Notes under the pieces: generated by a model
The model's input: only the letters and a program-made list of their open reading frames with translations
Databases searched by the model: none
Told to the model about the DNA's origin: nothing
Assembly (NCBI GenBank): GCA_963833425.1
Contig: CAWHXP010000003.1
Coordinates: 256,001-320,000 of the forward strand
Direction of reading: 5' to 3'
Length of the DNA: 64,000 bases
Source of the DNA: an uncultured Methanosarcinaceae archaeon
Lineage (GTDB): Archaea > Halobacteriota > Methanosarcinia > Methanosarcinales > Methanosarcinaceae
In this document: piece by piece, positions 1-12,543 of the stretch
Numbering within the stretch: position 1 is the stretch's first letter
Layout of the letters: each line of letters opens with the position of its first letter
Made by a program: the position numbers and the translations under genes

Positions 1-383
1 TTAAAGTAAACAGATAAAGAGTCAAAATAGTGAAGAATTACCGGTATGATGTGTGAGCAATTAGATTGAATACATGAGTATAAGGATAATTGTATAGAAT
101 TTCGAGAAACCTCTGATTTTAAAAAATCACTCACATTCGTTTTTTTTGCTACCGGTATTTTAGTTGAGGTCATTTTCAGCTACAGTTCAGAGATTTTCCG
201 ACGCTTACACGAGTATTATTTTTTTTGGCTACATTGGATTGTCGTTGATTATAGTTCAATATTGATCAAAGCCAAAAAATAAGAATTCCACTGTAAAAAA
301 GAGGTTATCTTATGATTTTTTTTTGGAAAAATTAATAGAAATCTAAGCAATAGTATCTAAATTAATTTCTTAAGAATGATTGA

Positions 384-1030
384 ATGAGTAAAGTAAATGT
401 GATATTTCACAGTATTTATGACCACATTTACCGGATGGCAGAAGCTATAGCTGAAGGAGCAAGAGAAGTCGAAGTAGCTGAGATAGGAATTTATCAGGTG
501 CTTGAGACTCTGCCTAACGAAGTTCTGGAGAAAATGGGGGCAATCGAGACAAAAAAGCTTTTTGCGCATATACCAGTCTGACCCGTGATATGTATGAGGA
601 TGTACTGGCTGGAGCAGATGCATTGATATTTGGAACTCCTACACGATAGGGAATGATGACTGCTGAGATGCGCACAGTCCTTGATGGTTTAGGAGGGCTA
701 TGGAGTAGAGATGCCTTCGTAAGTAGTAAGGTAGGAAGCATCTTCAATTCAAGTGGAGCGCAGCATGGTGGCCAAGAATCCACAATACTAACATTCCATA
801 CTAGCCCCTCTTCATCTTGGGATGATTATTGTCGGGCTCCCCTATGCAGAAAAGAGGCTGATGAGAATGGATGAAATTACAGGTGGTAGCCCATATGGAG
901 TTTCAACAATCGCAAGTGGAGGCGTAAGCCTCCAACCTTCAGAAAAAGAGCTTGCAATGGCCCGTTCTCAGGATAGACACGTAGCCCAAATTGCAAAAAA
1001 AATGCTGGAAAGCAAAAATGTGATATTTGA
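384..1030 (+). pseudogene. wrbA: NAD(P)H:quinone oxidoreductase WrbA (flavodoxin-like), disrupted
   Basis: Three frame fragments join into WrbA: MSKVNVIFHSIYDHIYRMAEAIAEGA; ADALIFGTPTR*GMM (TAG at 647-649); [42 protein letters not shown]. Frameshifts near 577 and 805. The 3' end is approximate. Confidence 0.88.
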
Positions 1031-1369
1031 TTATATTAATTTAGTTGGGATTCTGTTAAGATCAGGAACGCGAAAAAAACACTATTTATGCCAAATATTT
1101 ATTATGCAGGTTGAAAAATCGCTATATTGTATCCAAAGTTGTGTACATTTTTAGGTTTCCAATTATTGCATAAAATTCCATATCTATCAACTCTTTTTCC
1201 ATTGTTTTGATTTTTAGACCACTAACTAATATAGGATCTCATAATATAAAATATTTTTAGATATTAGCAATGAATAAAATCCGGAAAATGAATCAACTAG
1301 AAAACTTTAATATTATTCGTATGTCGCAAAAATCGTAAAATTGTAAGGTTCTTTCTCATTTACGGATCG

Positions 1370-1950
1370 ATATCATAAGAATTTAGTAAAATTTGCCAAT
1401 ACGTTTCAAACACTTTTTTGCATCCTTTCTTGACCCAATTACCATCAATACGCAAAATTCCATCAAAATTAGCATTTTTGATCCAAAAGTTCTTGTTTAT
1501 AAATTTCTGCTTGCCATTGCTCGCGCAAACATAATGAAAAGGCACAAGAAATTCTTCCGCATATATCAGTCAAACTTTTGTATAGATTTCACCCACTCCA
1601 CAGGAATTTTGAAGGCTGCATATACCATCGTATCTGACAAGCATATTTTATCATGAAACTCAGCGCTTTAATTTACCTAACAGAACCACCAACTATCTGG
1701 TCATGAGAATGCTCCTTACAATCATGACAAATTTAGTATGTAGCATTGCAGTTTATGGTGCTATAACTCGTGAGAATAAAACGGGTATAGTGGGAGTTCA
1801 CATTTAATTCGTGCCATATAAATCAAATGAGTTGGAGATATTGAAGGAAACATATAATATTACTGATCTTTATATCAGTACTTTCGGTAAAGGAATTTAA
1901 ATAGTGTCATCATTTACCGTTTTTGCCATAGAGGTAACGATTGATGTGTT
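1370..1950 (-). mobile_element. Possible decayed transposase fragment
   Basis: Stop-riddled minus-strand reading gives NSHYTRFIL..ICHDCKEH (Zn-ribbon-like) and DGILRIDGNWVK (DDE first-Asp-like). No ends recognised. Confidence 0.3.
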
Positions 1951-2358
1951 TCCTTTTTTCACCAAAAAGAATTTATCTTAATGGGATTAAAATTTTATTG
2001 TTTCCGATGATTATAGAAAAAAAATCTAAATACCAGAAATAATAAAAAGTCTCAGCAATTGTAATTAACCCGCATGATTCAGATGCTTGGAAAAATAAAA
2101 GAATTGCTCAAAATACTTAAAACAAATCCAAGGAAATCATCAGAGTATATTAAAATTCAAATTTTTCTACTTATTCATACTGAAATAATCGTTTGACACT
2201 GAAAAGTATTGATCAGTGAGAACTTGCAATTCACCGACACTATAGAGACATGATGATACTGGAGTGCAGATAGAGTGACCCTATTACATGCATAGTTTTT
2301 TTTCTTAAACCCATGCATTTGTAGATGATAGAGAATAAATAATACTGACAAGAGATTA

Positions 2359-2410
2359 TAGTATATTTACACACTCACTCTCTCTAGTATATTTACACAC
2401 TCACTCTCTC
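2359..2410. repeat. Perfect 26-bp tandem duplication TAGTATATTTACACACTCACTCTCTC x2
   Basis: Read directly: units at 2359-2384 and 2385-2410. Confidence 0.95.
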
Positions 2411-2825
2411 AATACTTTGTCATTTTTATTTAATTCTAGGTGTGAATGTCGAATAAAATTATTCAGACTTATATTTATGACTTTGCAGGAAGTACTCTCA
2501 TTCATGATGCGTTAAACATTTTTTAATTGTTGCTATATCACTTCGTTTTTAAATTTAATTGAGCCTGATAAGACCAATATAAAGATGATATCGATAGTCT
2601 TTATTTCGGTATCATATATTTAATGAAGAAAGATATAGCCATCTTGACTATCATAGTTTAAACGAGGCTAGAATACGTAGAACTTGTTTTGAAGTAACCG
2701 AGTAAGCATTAATAAATTACCGAAATCGAGCAATGACCATCGAAGCAAGAAAAAAGCCAAAAGAATGTCAACTTTAGCTTAGAGGTATAGAAAAATTTAG
2801 GAAAACATCATAATATTTAAAGAAT

Positions 2826-2853
2826 GGCCCCAGGTTGCTGAAAACCCTGGGCA
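2826..2853 (-). terminator. GC-rich hairpin downstream of thioredoxin
   Basis: Imperfect stem CCCAGG...CCTGGG about 25 bp past the trx stop. Confidence 0.35.
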
Positions 2854-2876
2854 ATCTTTTTCAGAGAAACGGGCCA

Positions 2877-3143
2877 TTAGAGGATTTTATCTAATTCCGA
2901 TGCCAATACATTGCCCTGGGTTACTCCCATAAAACGCTTTACTTCTACATCATCTTTCAGGATTATCAATGTAGGAACAGCGTGTATGCTATATTTTGAG
3001 GCAAGTTGCTGGTTTTCGTCCACATCGATAACTTTGAATTCAACCTTATCCTTATATTTTTTTTCGAGTTCTTCAAGAATCGGTTTTTGCATCCTACAAG
3101 GTCCACACCAAGTTGCGGAAAAGTCCATTAAGATCGGTTTCAT
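2877..3143 (-). CDS. trxA: Thioredoxin
   Basis: WCGPC active site and cis-Pro motif AVPT; 88 aa. Confidence 0.95.
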   Translation of the reverse strand: MKPILMDFSATWCGPCRMQKPILEELEKKYKDKVEFKVIDVDENQQLASKYSIHAVPTLIILKDDVEVKRFMGVTQGNVLASELDKIL

Positions 3144-3681
3144 AAAATCACCTTTGATACTTCAAAATGTTTGAGATATTCTCTGTTCTTATTTGATCCA
3201 CTCCGGAAAGCATACTATGGTCATACATATATTTTCGACGACAAAGCTACCGGGAACCAATCTTGAACGATAGGCGACCTGGAAGATGAAATTATCAAAT
3301 ACAGGTCTGGACTCAATTTATTGTATGTATTATCTTCGAGTATATATAATGCTTATCTCAATCCTATAGATTTGTTTCAGTAGAATACTTAGCAGTGAGA
3401 TGCGGGGTATTTGACTGGAATAAACTCCAGTAATTGAAAATGAATCAATGAAAAGCCCCTGAAAAACTAAAACACTTCATCAACTTGCTTCGATATTCAG
3501 TAAAATTTCATCCATTTTTCACGAGTATTACAGAAAAGTAAAGTTGAATATTAATTTTTTTCTCTTATCCAAAAAAAAATCGTGTCAAATACAGAAATTA
3601 GCTAGGAAGATTGGATCAGATGCCATTAAGAAAAAGAATGGATTTCTCTCATTTCCGTCTTTATACCCTTCCAAATACATG

Positions 3682-3716
3682 CATATGACAAAACTTAGAA
3701 GTTATCGAAATCCTCT
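3682..3716. mobile_element. One end of the ~90-bp IS5-derived MITE
   Basis: CATATGACAAAACTTAGAAGTTATCGAAATCCTCT matches one end of the copies at 52866 and 63790. Confidence 0.65.
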
Positions 3717-6420
3717 ATAATCAAAACAGCTAAAATTTTGCACTTTTAGTAACTTCCTTCATCTATAACCCTTATCAACATAATTATCGAATTGTTCATT
3801 GATAAATAAAGAACATTATTTAAAACTACAATCGTAAATTTTTCCCCATTGTTTTGTATAATACGCTGCATATGAGAATAAGTAGTTCATAGACGATATT
3901 CTCATTCTACCTATGATATAAGGCCAATTTTTGTCACCATAAATAAACTATGAAATCGATGCCAAACTTATAACTTTTGTCAAGTTTTATAAAAGGCTTA
4001 ATTCACTATCAAACATTTAGATGAGTTCCTTTTTTGATAACTCTAAGTCGATTTTTTCAGATTATTATTTGAAGAATTTTCACTAGATATTTTTAAACCT
4101 ATATTTTGTAATTGAGTGTATAAATTACCTCCGGGTAGCCAATATGATAGATCCTTGAAAAAGAGCTTAGAGTCGTCTTTGATCGAATAGAAATTGAAAC
4201 CGTTTTAATAAGTACCGTGCCATCAGGTTTATATCTTCGACTACATTCAAATTACATGAGCCAAAATATTAAATGAAGGACGTTCTATGCATTAACATCA
4301 ATGAAACTAGTTAGGTAGATATATAATTATATTTACTAATATATATATCTTGTTTCATTAAAAGCTTAATAATGCCAAATGAAGTTGATAACATTTGACA
4401 TCATTGATTAAAAGCTAGCGAAATGCTGCTATTGCAATGAGCATTTTCTCGATCATATTATCGATTCTTCCTCTCCAAAAATTATAGAGATGATTACTAC
4501 GATGAACAAATGTTTAAAAATACAATGGTCATATGCATTTCTCACTCATTCCTGTTGACAGGGTCAAACGAGTACTCAAGACTTAACAATAGTTATTAGA
4601 GAGTACTTTGTACTCCTTCATTACGGTTGAATGAGTAAAAAGAAGCGTAAATATCCTAGCAATAACTCCTGCAGATGTATGTATATATAGAATTTTTTGG
4701 CTGATTCCTCCACTGTTACCCATTAGAGTTTATTTGATCATCAAGTTACTGTAATACTGAGAAAAATAAATGCATTCTTGGGTAGATCTAAAGAAAATGG
4801 ATCTAATCATAAACAAGAGTAGCAAAACGCAATATCAACAGCAAAATTTAAACTTCTATTTCCAATTCTGGTCAATAATTTATGATTTTCAACATAGTTG
4901 CATCTATTGTTCCACAAGAGAAAAAATGCATTTTATTTTCATTACCAATCATTTCGAGGATATCCGAACACTTGGTTGGTATCCCATCAACTCAAGAGAA
5001 ATTTTAGCCCTTAAACAAAGTATATTCTATCAATCCATATCTGACGAATACCACGGAAAATTTAAGAGGAAATAGCTCAACGATAGATTATTAGATTATT
5101 TGTACAGCAAATTGCCGTTTTCATCGTATTTTTCAACATGAAAGAAGAATCAAGCCATTAAGATAATCGATAAATGAAACAACAGAATGATATTTATTTT
5201 TGAGATAAAATCCAAGATACTTCTAGAGAAGTATTTTTTCTACAAAAATATTTTGACTTGAGGAATTCTCATGTTTGTTGTTCAGCTACAATAAATTTGT
5301 AGGAAAATAACTTATACTACGCGATACTTTTTAAAAAAATATAATAATCCATGATATTTACATAACTCAAAATGCAACTATGATATCTACTCTATTGTTT
5401 GATAGGGCTAAAAAGTAGATATGCGTTTGAAATCATCGAGTAAAAGTTAATTATAGTACTGGATTAAGATCGAACCAAAAAGGATGGCTACACATAAAGA
5501 GCACTCTTCGCTTTCTGGACTACAACAAAAAAAATTAAAACTAGGCTCAATTCCCCAATTTCCTTGATTTAGAAAAACCCTCCGTACTTACATCGAAAAG
5601 ATTAAGATACAAAAGTAGCCCCCCAAATTAAGCTTAATATCACTCATTTAGGCCCTATAAAAAGTATTACATAGTCTCATCCAAATTTCTCGTTTGCTCT
5701 TATAATCTCACTGGTCCATAAATGTAACACAATCGATCCCAGTCTCAAGGATTTTCTAATAAAGGCTTTCTGAGTGTTTATTCCTTACAAAAAGCACATC
5801 AAAGAAACATTTAGTATGAAACAGCAGTAATGAATTTAAGACAAGTACAAATTAACTCACTTTCAAATACCTGTCATCTAGCCCCAAACTTGTCCATAGC
5901 TCTACCACCTTCTCCAGAGTTATTAGCTTCTCTCACAATTCATTGGCTCTTTTTATAATTAGAAAACCCAATGATTTTTATTTTTTGATTAATTGGTTTT
6001 GTTCTCAAAGCGTTGCATAAAATGCCAGTGTTGATTTTTTTGGTAAAATCATAAATCTCAATAAGTTATATAAGAAAGAAAGTCAAAATATTAAGGATCT
6101 AATCACATAAAGCATGGAAAAATTTAGCTTTTGGATTTTACAGTAAATTTGCTGCACTGACCATAAAGTGCATCGATTATAAAAAAAGTCATATTCCCAA
6201 TTATTCTAGAAACATATTCTCTGGTTATAAGTAAAGCGCTAGTTACTTGTGGCGTTTTATAATTCCAAATATTTTGTTTTAATCAAATATATATCCAATA
6301 AAAAATAAAAAAATTTTTATGTTCAAACTGGAGATTAAATGCCAAATTCAAAGTTTAGTACTTTTCTTAGCGGTATAATCTCCAAGAAAGAATTTTAGAG
6401 AATACATTACTCTAAGCAAA

Positions 6421-6828
6421 TCAGGCAGAAGCTTCTTTATTTAGGATATAAGCAACCATTTCAGGATCCAGCTTACTTTCTCTTGAAACCTGTGCTCCAA
6501 TGTCCTCAGCAGATTTACCTTCTACTTTCATTTCTCTTATTTTTTCAATCACTGACGAAGGAATGCTATAATATTCATTTAAATCCTTCCTGTGACCCCA
6601 AACATCTCCTTCGATAAGCTCTATTCTCTGCATTTCAAGGAACATTTCGACGGATTTTGAGACCGTGCCCATGTAAGATTTAGGTAATTGAACTACCTCT
6701 ATCTTTGGACAAGTTTCAACTAATCCAAAGATATCCTTATTCGAAGGCCTGAAAGCCAGATGAACAACACGCTCATTAGGATTTAGTGCAAAGATTTCCT
6801 CTCTTGAACTAACTACTCGAATTTTCAT
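6421..6828 (-). CDS. DUF1699 family protein (Methanosarcinales)
   Basis: MKIRVVSSREEI..VHLAFRPSNKDIF..GDVWGHRKD signature. Confidence 0.9.
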   Translation of the reverse strand: MKIRVVSSREEIFALNPNERVVHLAFRPSNKDIFGLVETCPKIEVVQLPKSYMGTVSKSVEMFLEMQRIELIEGDVWGHRKDLNEYYSIPSSVIEKIREMKVEGKSAEDIGAQVSRESKLDPEMVAYILNKEASA

Positions 6829-8631
6829 TTTTTATTTTCCCCCACTGAAAAATTCTATTACATTTCTACTTTAATATAACTACGCTATACTTACTATAAA
6901 TATTTATCTAATTAAACTAACATTATTTATATAGTATTCTAGATTTATTACCCTTGACCTAGCCAATAAAATTACTTTGAAACCTTAAAAGATAAAAAAT
7001 TGCTTTTCATAATTTATTTTGTTAGGTCTCTAAAATTTTTCTACTATTTCCTGGATTAATTTTTTTTCGAATTAATGATTAATTATTCTTACACCAGCCA
7101 TTGGAACTCTCGCAACTTTGAGCCGGAATTTTACTCGAATTTCACCATCTATCCAAGTAGCCCACTTCCTGTAGAAGTTCAAAAAAATATCACATATTAT
7201 CCTAATACGCTAGTAATTTGAAATTCATTTCATCTTTGGTAAATAAATAGCTGCCAAAATCAAATAAACTATGAATATATGTACGTCTATAAATGTGATA
7301 AAAAGATAATTATGAGATAAAAAATCCACCGTTTTGCAAAATAAGATAATCAGGTTTATTTTACCATTATTGTAGGATATCCCATCTTATTTGGGTTTTC
7401 AATCACAATATTTCACAAACTGGCTCAAATACTCATTAAGATCTTACCCAATTTCAACGATTTTTACAGAAAAGAAATCTTGAAAATTGATTTTTTTTTA
7501 TTTCACAATATTTTTCTCAACTTCGAATAGATAGAAGAATAAACAAAACATCCCATTGAAATTGCTCTGAAAAACATCTAATCAGCTTGTTTTGGATGGA
7601 AAAACGGTGAAATAATCAATTTAGTACGCTGTTTCTACTGATTGTATCGAATCACTTTATTTAGAATTTGAAAAGCTTTCCTGAGTAGTTCTATAGATCA
7701 GTTTAAAATATCGACATGAAAGTCGTGCTTGGAAATGGTTTTTGTGTCTGTTGTCGCTTACAAAGTATGTCCACTACAATGTGATCTAGAATTTTGCATT
7801 AAAAAAGAAATTTCGTTCACCAGTAAAGTACTTATGGGTTATTTACTGGATCGACACATATAACATACTTCCTTGTCAGTCGATCTTTTTCCTCAGTTTA
7901 GAACCAAAGTAAAAGAATTAGAGATCTGATCTTAGGAAGTACATTGAAAGGATTACCAATTTTATACATCATGACTATCCCTAATTAAATGATTAATATT
8001 CACAATTAAGTTTCCCGTGTAAAAGTTTGCTTTTTTCATTTACTAGATAAATTTACTTTAAATGACGTCACTGAAATGCAGGACAAAAAAACCGAAATAT
8101 AGAAAGATAATTGCATTTTATAAATCAAAATTTTTTGGTAGTACCCTGCTGTAAGCAACGGAGTGAGACAAAGCAACTTTGATGATCTAAAATCACTTTT
8201 GCGATATTTTTCTGATTAGTAGAAATTGTTAAGAACTGACGAAATTCTGAACTGCTGCTTTAAAAAAATTGTTTTTATAAAAGAGCTACGTCAAAAAGCA
8301 TTTTGCGAGGAGACTAAAAACTACCACCATTCAAGCATTGAACTACTTGATAGAAATTTACTTGGTTAAAATTCCAGAAATAAGTGAACACGATATTTTA
8401 CCACTTCCATATCAGAAATTTTGCAACCTTGCTCATTTCAAATAGTGATAAAGATATTACATTAAAGTACCAAAAATAAACTCGTTTCACGAAAAATAGA
8501 TGATAAAGGGTTAAACAAAAAAAGGCAATTTTTCGCTTCGTCCTTGACCTAAAAACTGAGGACTGGTGGCCCTTCATACTCCTAAAGTAATAAAGAAGGA
8601 AGTTCCTCAAAAAACTTTAAAATAACCTCGT

Positions 8632-10062
8632 TTAGGAACTCTTAGGTTTATTAAAATAATCCAGACGTGTCTGTTTTTTTCTGCAATTTTCTCCTGGAAT
8701 TTCCACCGGATACTCACCTGTGAGACAGCCTATACACATGTCGTTTTTATTGCATTCTAAAGCTCTCATGAGTCCATCAATACTTAGGTACCCAAGAGAA
8801 TCAGCATTAATAATATTTTCGACTTCTTTTATGGTCTTGTGAGAGGCTATGAGTTCCTGCCTGGTAGCCATATCTATCCCTAGATAGCAAGGAGCAACAA
8901 TTGCAGGACTCCCAACCCTTGCATGAATTTCTAAAGCGCCTGCACTTCGTACCATATCTATAATTCGCCTTGAGGTTGTACCCCGGACAATGCTATCGTC
9001 AACCAGAACCACACGTTTCCCTTTGATGTTATCCTGAATGGCATTCATCTTAAGTCTGACTGCGGTCTCACGCAATTCCTGACCAGGTAGAATAAAAGTC
9101 CGCCCTATGTAACGGTTCTTCATCAGACCTTCGAGATATTTTATGCCTGATTCCCGGGCATAACCGATTGCTGAGGTAATCCCGGAGTCAGGGACAGGAG
9201 ATACAATATCAGCCTCAACCTGGTGCTCCCTTGCGAGTTCCCTTCCAATATTTTCCCGAACCTTATAGACAAGTTTTCCGTCAATTACTGAATCGGGCCT
9301 TGCAAAGTAGATAAATTCAAAAACACAATTTGCGGGATGAGGTTCAGTTACTATCTGGTGACTCTCAAAGCCATTGCCCTTGAAGACGATTACCTCCCCT
9401 GGTCGGACATCCCTGACAAGGGCGCTGTTCAAAGTATCAAGAGCTACACTTTCAGAAACAATTGCATATCCATCATCGATTTTCCCGAAACATAGAGGTT
9501 TGAAGCCAAAAGGATCCCTGACAGCATACAAAGAGCCGTTGATATATATAACCAGGGAATAAGAGCCAACAAGCTTGCGCATCACATTCCTTATTGATTC
9601 CACAGGCTCGTGTCTTATCAACTCTTTTACAAGAAGGTGACCAAATACCTCAGTATCGGAATCACTGACAAAAATGCGACCTTCGCACTCCAGCTCGTCC
9701 TTGAGTGCTTTGGCATTAACCAAATTTCCGTTATGAGCAATTGCAACTGTTCCACCCTTGAAATTCAAAACAAAGGGTTGACAGTTTTCTAACTTGGATC
9801 CACCAGTAGTCGAATAGCGTACATGCCCCACCCCTAAATTTCCAATCAAGCGTCCTAGGGAATCCTTAGTGTATACATCAGGCACAAGTCCCATGCCTTT
9901 TATAGACTTAGTAGAAATGCCATCATTTACAACTATACCAGTAGATTCCTGGCCTCTGTGCTGGAGGGCATAAAGAGCGTAATAAAGCTTGAATGCTACA
10001 TTATTGGATTGTGGCCTATCGTGGGGGAGAATTATGCCTGCAACACCACATTCTTCTCTCAA
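8632..10062 (-). CDS. purF: Amidophosphoribosyltransferase
   Basis: EECG N-terminal nucleophile, LQHRGQE, GHVRYST, PRPP motif VLVDDSIVRGTT, Fe-S cysteines; TTG start. Confidence 0.97.
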   Translation of the reverse strand: MREECGVAGIILPHDRPQSNNVAFKLYYALYALQHRGQESTGIVVNDGISTKSIKGMGLVPDVYTKDSLGRLIGNLGVGHVRYSTTGGSKLENCQPFVLNFKGGTVAIAHNGNLVNAKALKDELECEGRIFVSDSDTEVFGHLLVKELIRHEPVESIRNVMRKLVGSYSLVIYINGSLYAVRDPFGFKPLCFGKIDDGYAIVSESVALDTLNSALVRDVRPGEVIVFKGNGFESHQIVTEPHPANCVFEFIYFARPDSVIDGKLVYKVRENIGRELAREHQVEADIVSPVPDSGITSAIGYARESGIKYLEGLMKNRYIGRTFILPGQELRETAVRLKMNAIQDNIKGKRVVLVDDSIVRGTTSRRIIDMVRSAGALEIHARVGSPAIVAPCYLGIDMATRQELIASHKTIKEVENIINADSLGYLSIDGLMRALECNKNDMCIGCLTGEYPVEIPGENCRKKQTRLDYFNKPKSS

Positions 10063-10110
10063 TTTTGACCTCCGGTGCAGGTAATCACATAAAAAGTGAA
10101 ACAGACAGAC

Positions 10111-10293
<183 letters not shown>

Positions 10294-10431
10294 TTATAGA
10301 ATTCAATTATATCAGAGCAATATTTGAAAATCCGGAGCAATTTGTTTATCCTGAATTTTTTCTATGTGTCAGTAACAATAATTCCTGTTGCTTACCTTAA
10401 GTTTAAAAATCGATGGAGTTTTAGGTATAGA

Positions 10432-10671
<240 letters not shown>

Positions 10672-10847
10672 TTACAAATCAAGTCATCAGTTATATGATA
10701 TAAATAATTAATCTACATTTAAACTGATCGCCGTGTTTAAATTTGGGATTATTTAAACCAAAGTCGCAAATACAATATATAAAGTTATCGAAGAAATATA
10801 TCACTTTTTTAATTCATAATGTGAAAGAATGTATAAGAGATGGATAT

Positions 10848-12191
10848 ATGACAGAAAAGCAATTACTAACAAACAACACGATTGTTCTAACTATTGCAGG
10901 TTCTGATTCAGGGGGTGGTGCAGGAGTTGCTGCTGATTTGAAAACTTTTGCTGCCCTGGGAGTGCATGGGACCTGTGCCATTACATCGGTTACTGCTCAA
11001 AATACCACAGGTGTCTTAGAAACCTTCGATTTACCTCCTGCAGCTGTTACCAGTCAAATAGAAGCTGTATGTATGGATATGGAGATCAAATGGGTAAAGA
11101 CAGGAATGCTTGCCTCGCCTCCAATAATAAGAGAAGTTGCAAAAGAGGTCAAGAAACATGAACTTTACCTCGTACTGGACCCTGTAATAGCTGCAGAAGC
11201 TGGTGGGAATTTGCTGAGAGAAGAGTCTCTTCCTGTCCTTATCGAAGAACTGTTACCCCTCTGCAAAGTTATAACTCCCAATGCCATGGAAGCAGGTTCA
11301 CTTGCAGGGATTTCTGTCAAAAACCCGGAAGATGCGAAGATCGCAGCCAAGAGAATAGCAGATCTCGGCGTCGAAGCTGTTATTGTTACAGGAGGCCACC
11401 TTGATGCCACTGACCTACTGTATGAAACCTATCATGATACATTTACCAGTATACCCGGAACTTTTGTCAGCGGGGGAACCCATGGATCTGGCTGTACTTA
11501 TTCTGCAGCAATGACTTCCTTTTTAGCATTTGGGAAAAGCATTGAGGAAGCTGCAAAAGAATCAAAAAAATTTGTAATGCATGCAATCATGAAGAGCAGG
11601 CCTACAGGCAGAGGAGTGAATCCAGTAAACCCTTTAGGAACAACCCTAGAGAAAAAAGAGCGTTATTTGGTTCTAAGAAATTTAAAAGAAGCGGTTTTAA
11701 TTCTTGAGAAAAGCACTTATTTCCAAAAATTTATTCCAGAAGTTGGCTGTAATATAGGAATGGCGATTCCTGACGCACATAACTTGGAGGAAGTTGCGGC
11801 AGTTGAGGGCAAAATCGTGAAATACAGAGAACGTGCTGTTTCTGTAGGCTGTGTAGAATTTGGAGCTGGAAGACGTGTTTCAAGGATCATCCTTTCTGCT
11901 CTTCGTTACAACCCTAAAATAAGAGCCGCAATAAATATAAGATATTCGGAAAGAAACCTTTCTCTTTGTAGAGAAGCCGGACTCAGTTTATCTCCCTTCG
12001 ACAGAGACAAAGAACTGGAAAATTACACTACTATGCATTGTGATACAGCCGAGATGGTTAAAACACAAAGAAGCATGTTGAAAGTAATCTATGATACGGG
12101 AGATTTTGGAAAAGAGCCCATGATACACCTACTTGGTACAAGTGCTATTGAAATAGCAAAGTTCGTTGTGAAACTCGCAGAAAATTTATAG
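10848..12191 (+). CDS. thiD: Bifunctional HMP/HMP-P kinase with C-terminal ThiN domain (ThiDN)
   Basis: [25 protein letters not shown] kinase motifs; C-terminal [15 protein letters not shown] ThiN domain. ATG 10848 preferred over TTG 10743. Confidence 0.93.
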   Translation: MTEKQLLTNNTIVLTIAGSDSGGGAGVAADLKTFAALGVHGTCAITSVTAQNTTGVLETFDLPPAAVTSQIEAVCMDMEIKWVKTGMLASPPIIREVAKEVKKHELYLVLDPVIAAEAGGNLLREESLPVLIEELLPLCKVITPNAMEAGSLAGISVKNPEDAKIAAKRIADLGVEAVIVTGGHLDATDLLYETYHDTFTSIPGTFVSGGTHGSGCTYSAAMTSFLAFGKSIEEAAKESKKFVMHAIMKSRPTGRGVNPVNPLGTTLEKKERYLVLRNLKEAVLILEKSTYFQKFIPEVGCNIGMAIPDAHNLEEVAAVEGKIVKYRERAVSVGCVEFGAGRRVSRIILSALRYNPKIRAAINIRYSERNLSLCREAGLSLSPFDRDKELENYTTMHCDTAEMVKTQRSMLKVIYDTGDFGKEPMIHLLGTSAIEIAKFVVKLAENL

Positions 12192-12543
12192 TAAAGAATA
12201 GACAAACTTTTACTTAAAATATTAAATGTTTGTTTTCAGAGTTGATGGTTAAATTCTGATAACTTCTCCTTTTGTTCCTAGATTCTGACCGCCATTTTAG
12301 TAATTGTACCTCATAATAAACAGAATTCCCTAAAATAATTGTTTACTCGAGAGGTACATAAAAAACACGTCACCAAGTCCATCCCCTGCATTCCACGAGT
12401 CTCAGATTCCAACAAATTTTGATCAATGAGAGAGATTTTTCGATATACCAACTGCAGCATTAATGTATAATCAAGCTTTGTCGTGAATCAGTACATTTCT
12501 ATTTTCCATTTTTTAGTGTTAGATCAGAGTTATGGTATCCATA

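Noticed and set aside
647..649. In-frame TAG in wrbA as a pyrrolysine codon
   Set aside because: It replaces a conserved aromatic residue (GTPTRY/FG) and is flanked by two frameshifts, so it is most likely a nonsense mutation.
2250..2349. Possible C/D-box sRNA (ATGATGA...CTGA)
   Set aside because: Too long for an archaeal C/D guide, no clear internal D'/C' boxes, and the motifs are common in AT-rich DNA.
4600..4730. Minus-strand QKILYIH (CcmC-like) or KNSIYTYTSAG (PKD-like) fragment
   Set aside because: Two incompatible readings of a very short match; neither can be supported without a search.
4770..5075. 101-aa ORF, and similar short ORFs at 8398, 20358, 21732, 32057, 37986, 39153 and 56480
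   Set aside because: AT-driven composition, no motifs, no RBS; probably spurious.
5640..5945. Possible IS1-like transposase relic (ELWTSLG..GIDCVTFMDQ)
   Set aside because: Similarity is too weak and no ends were recognised.
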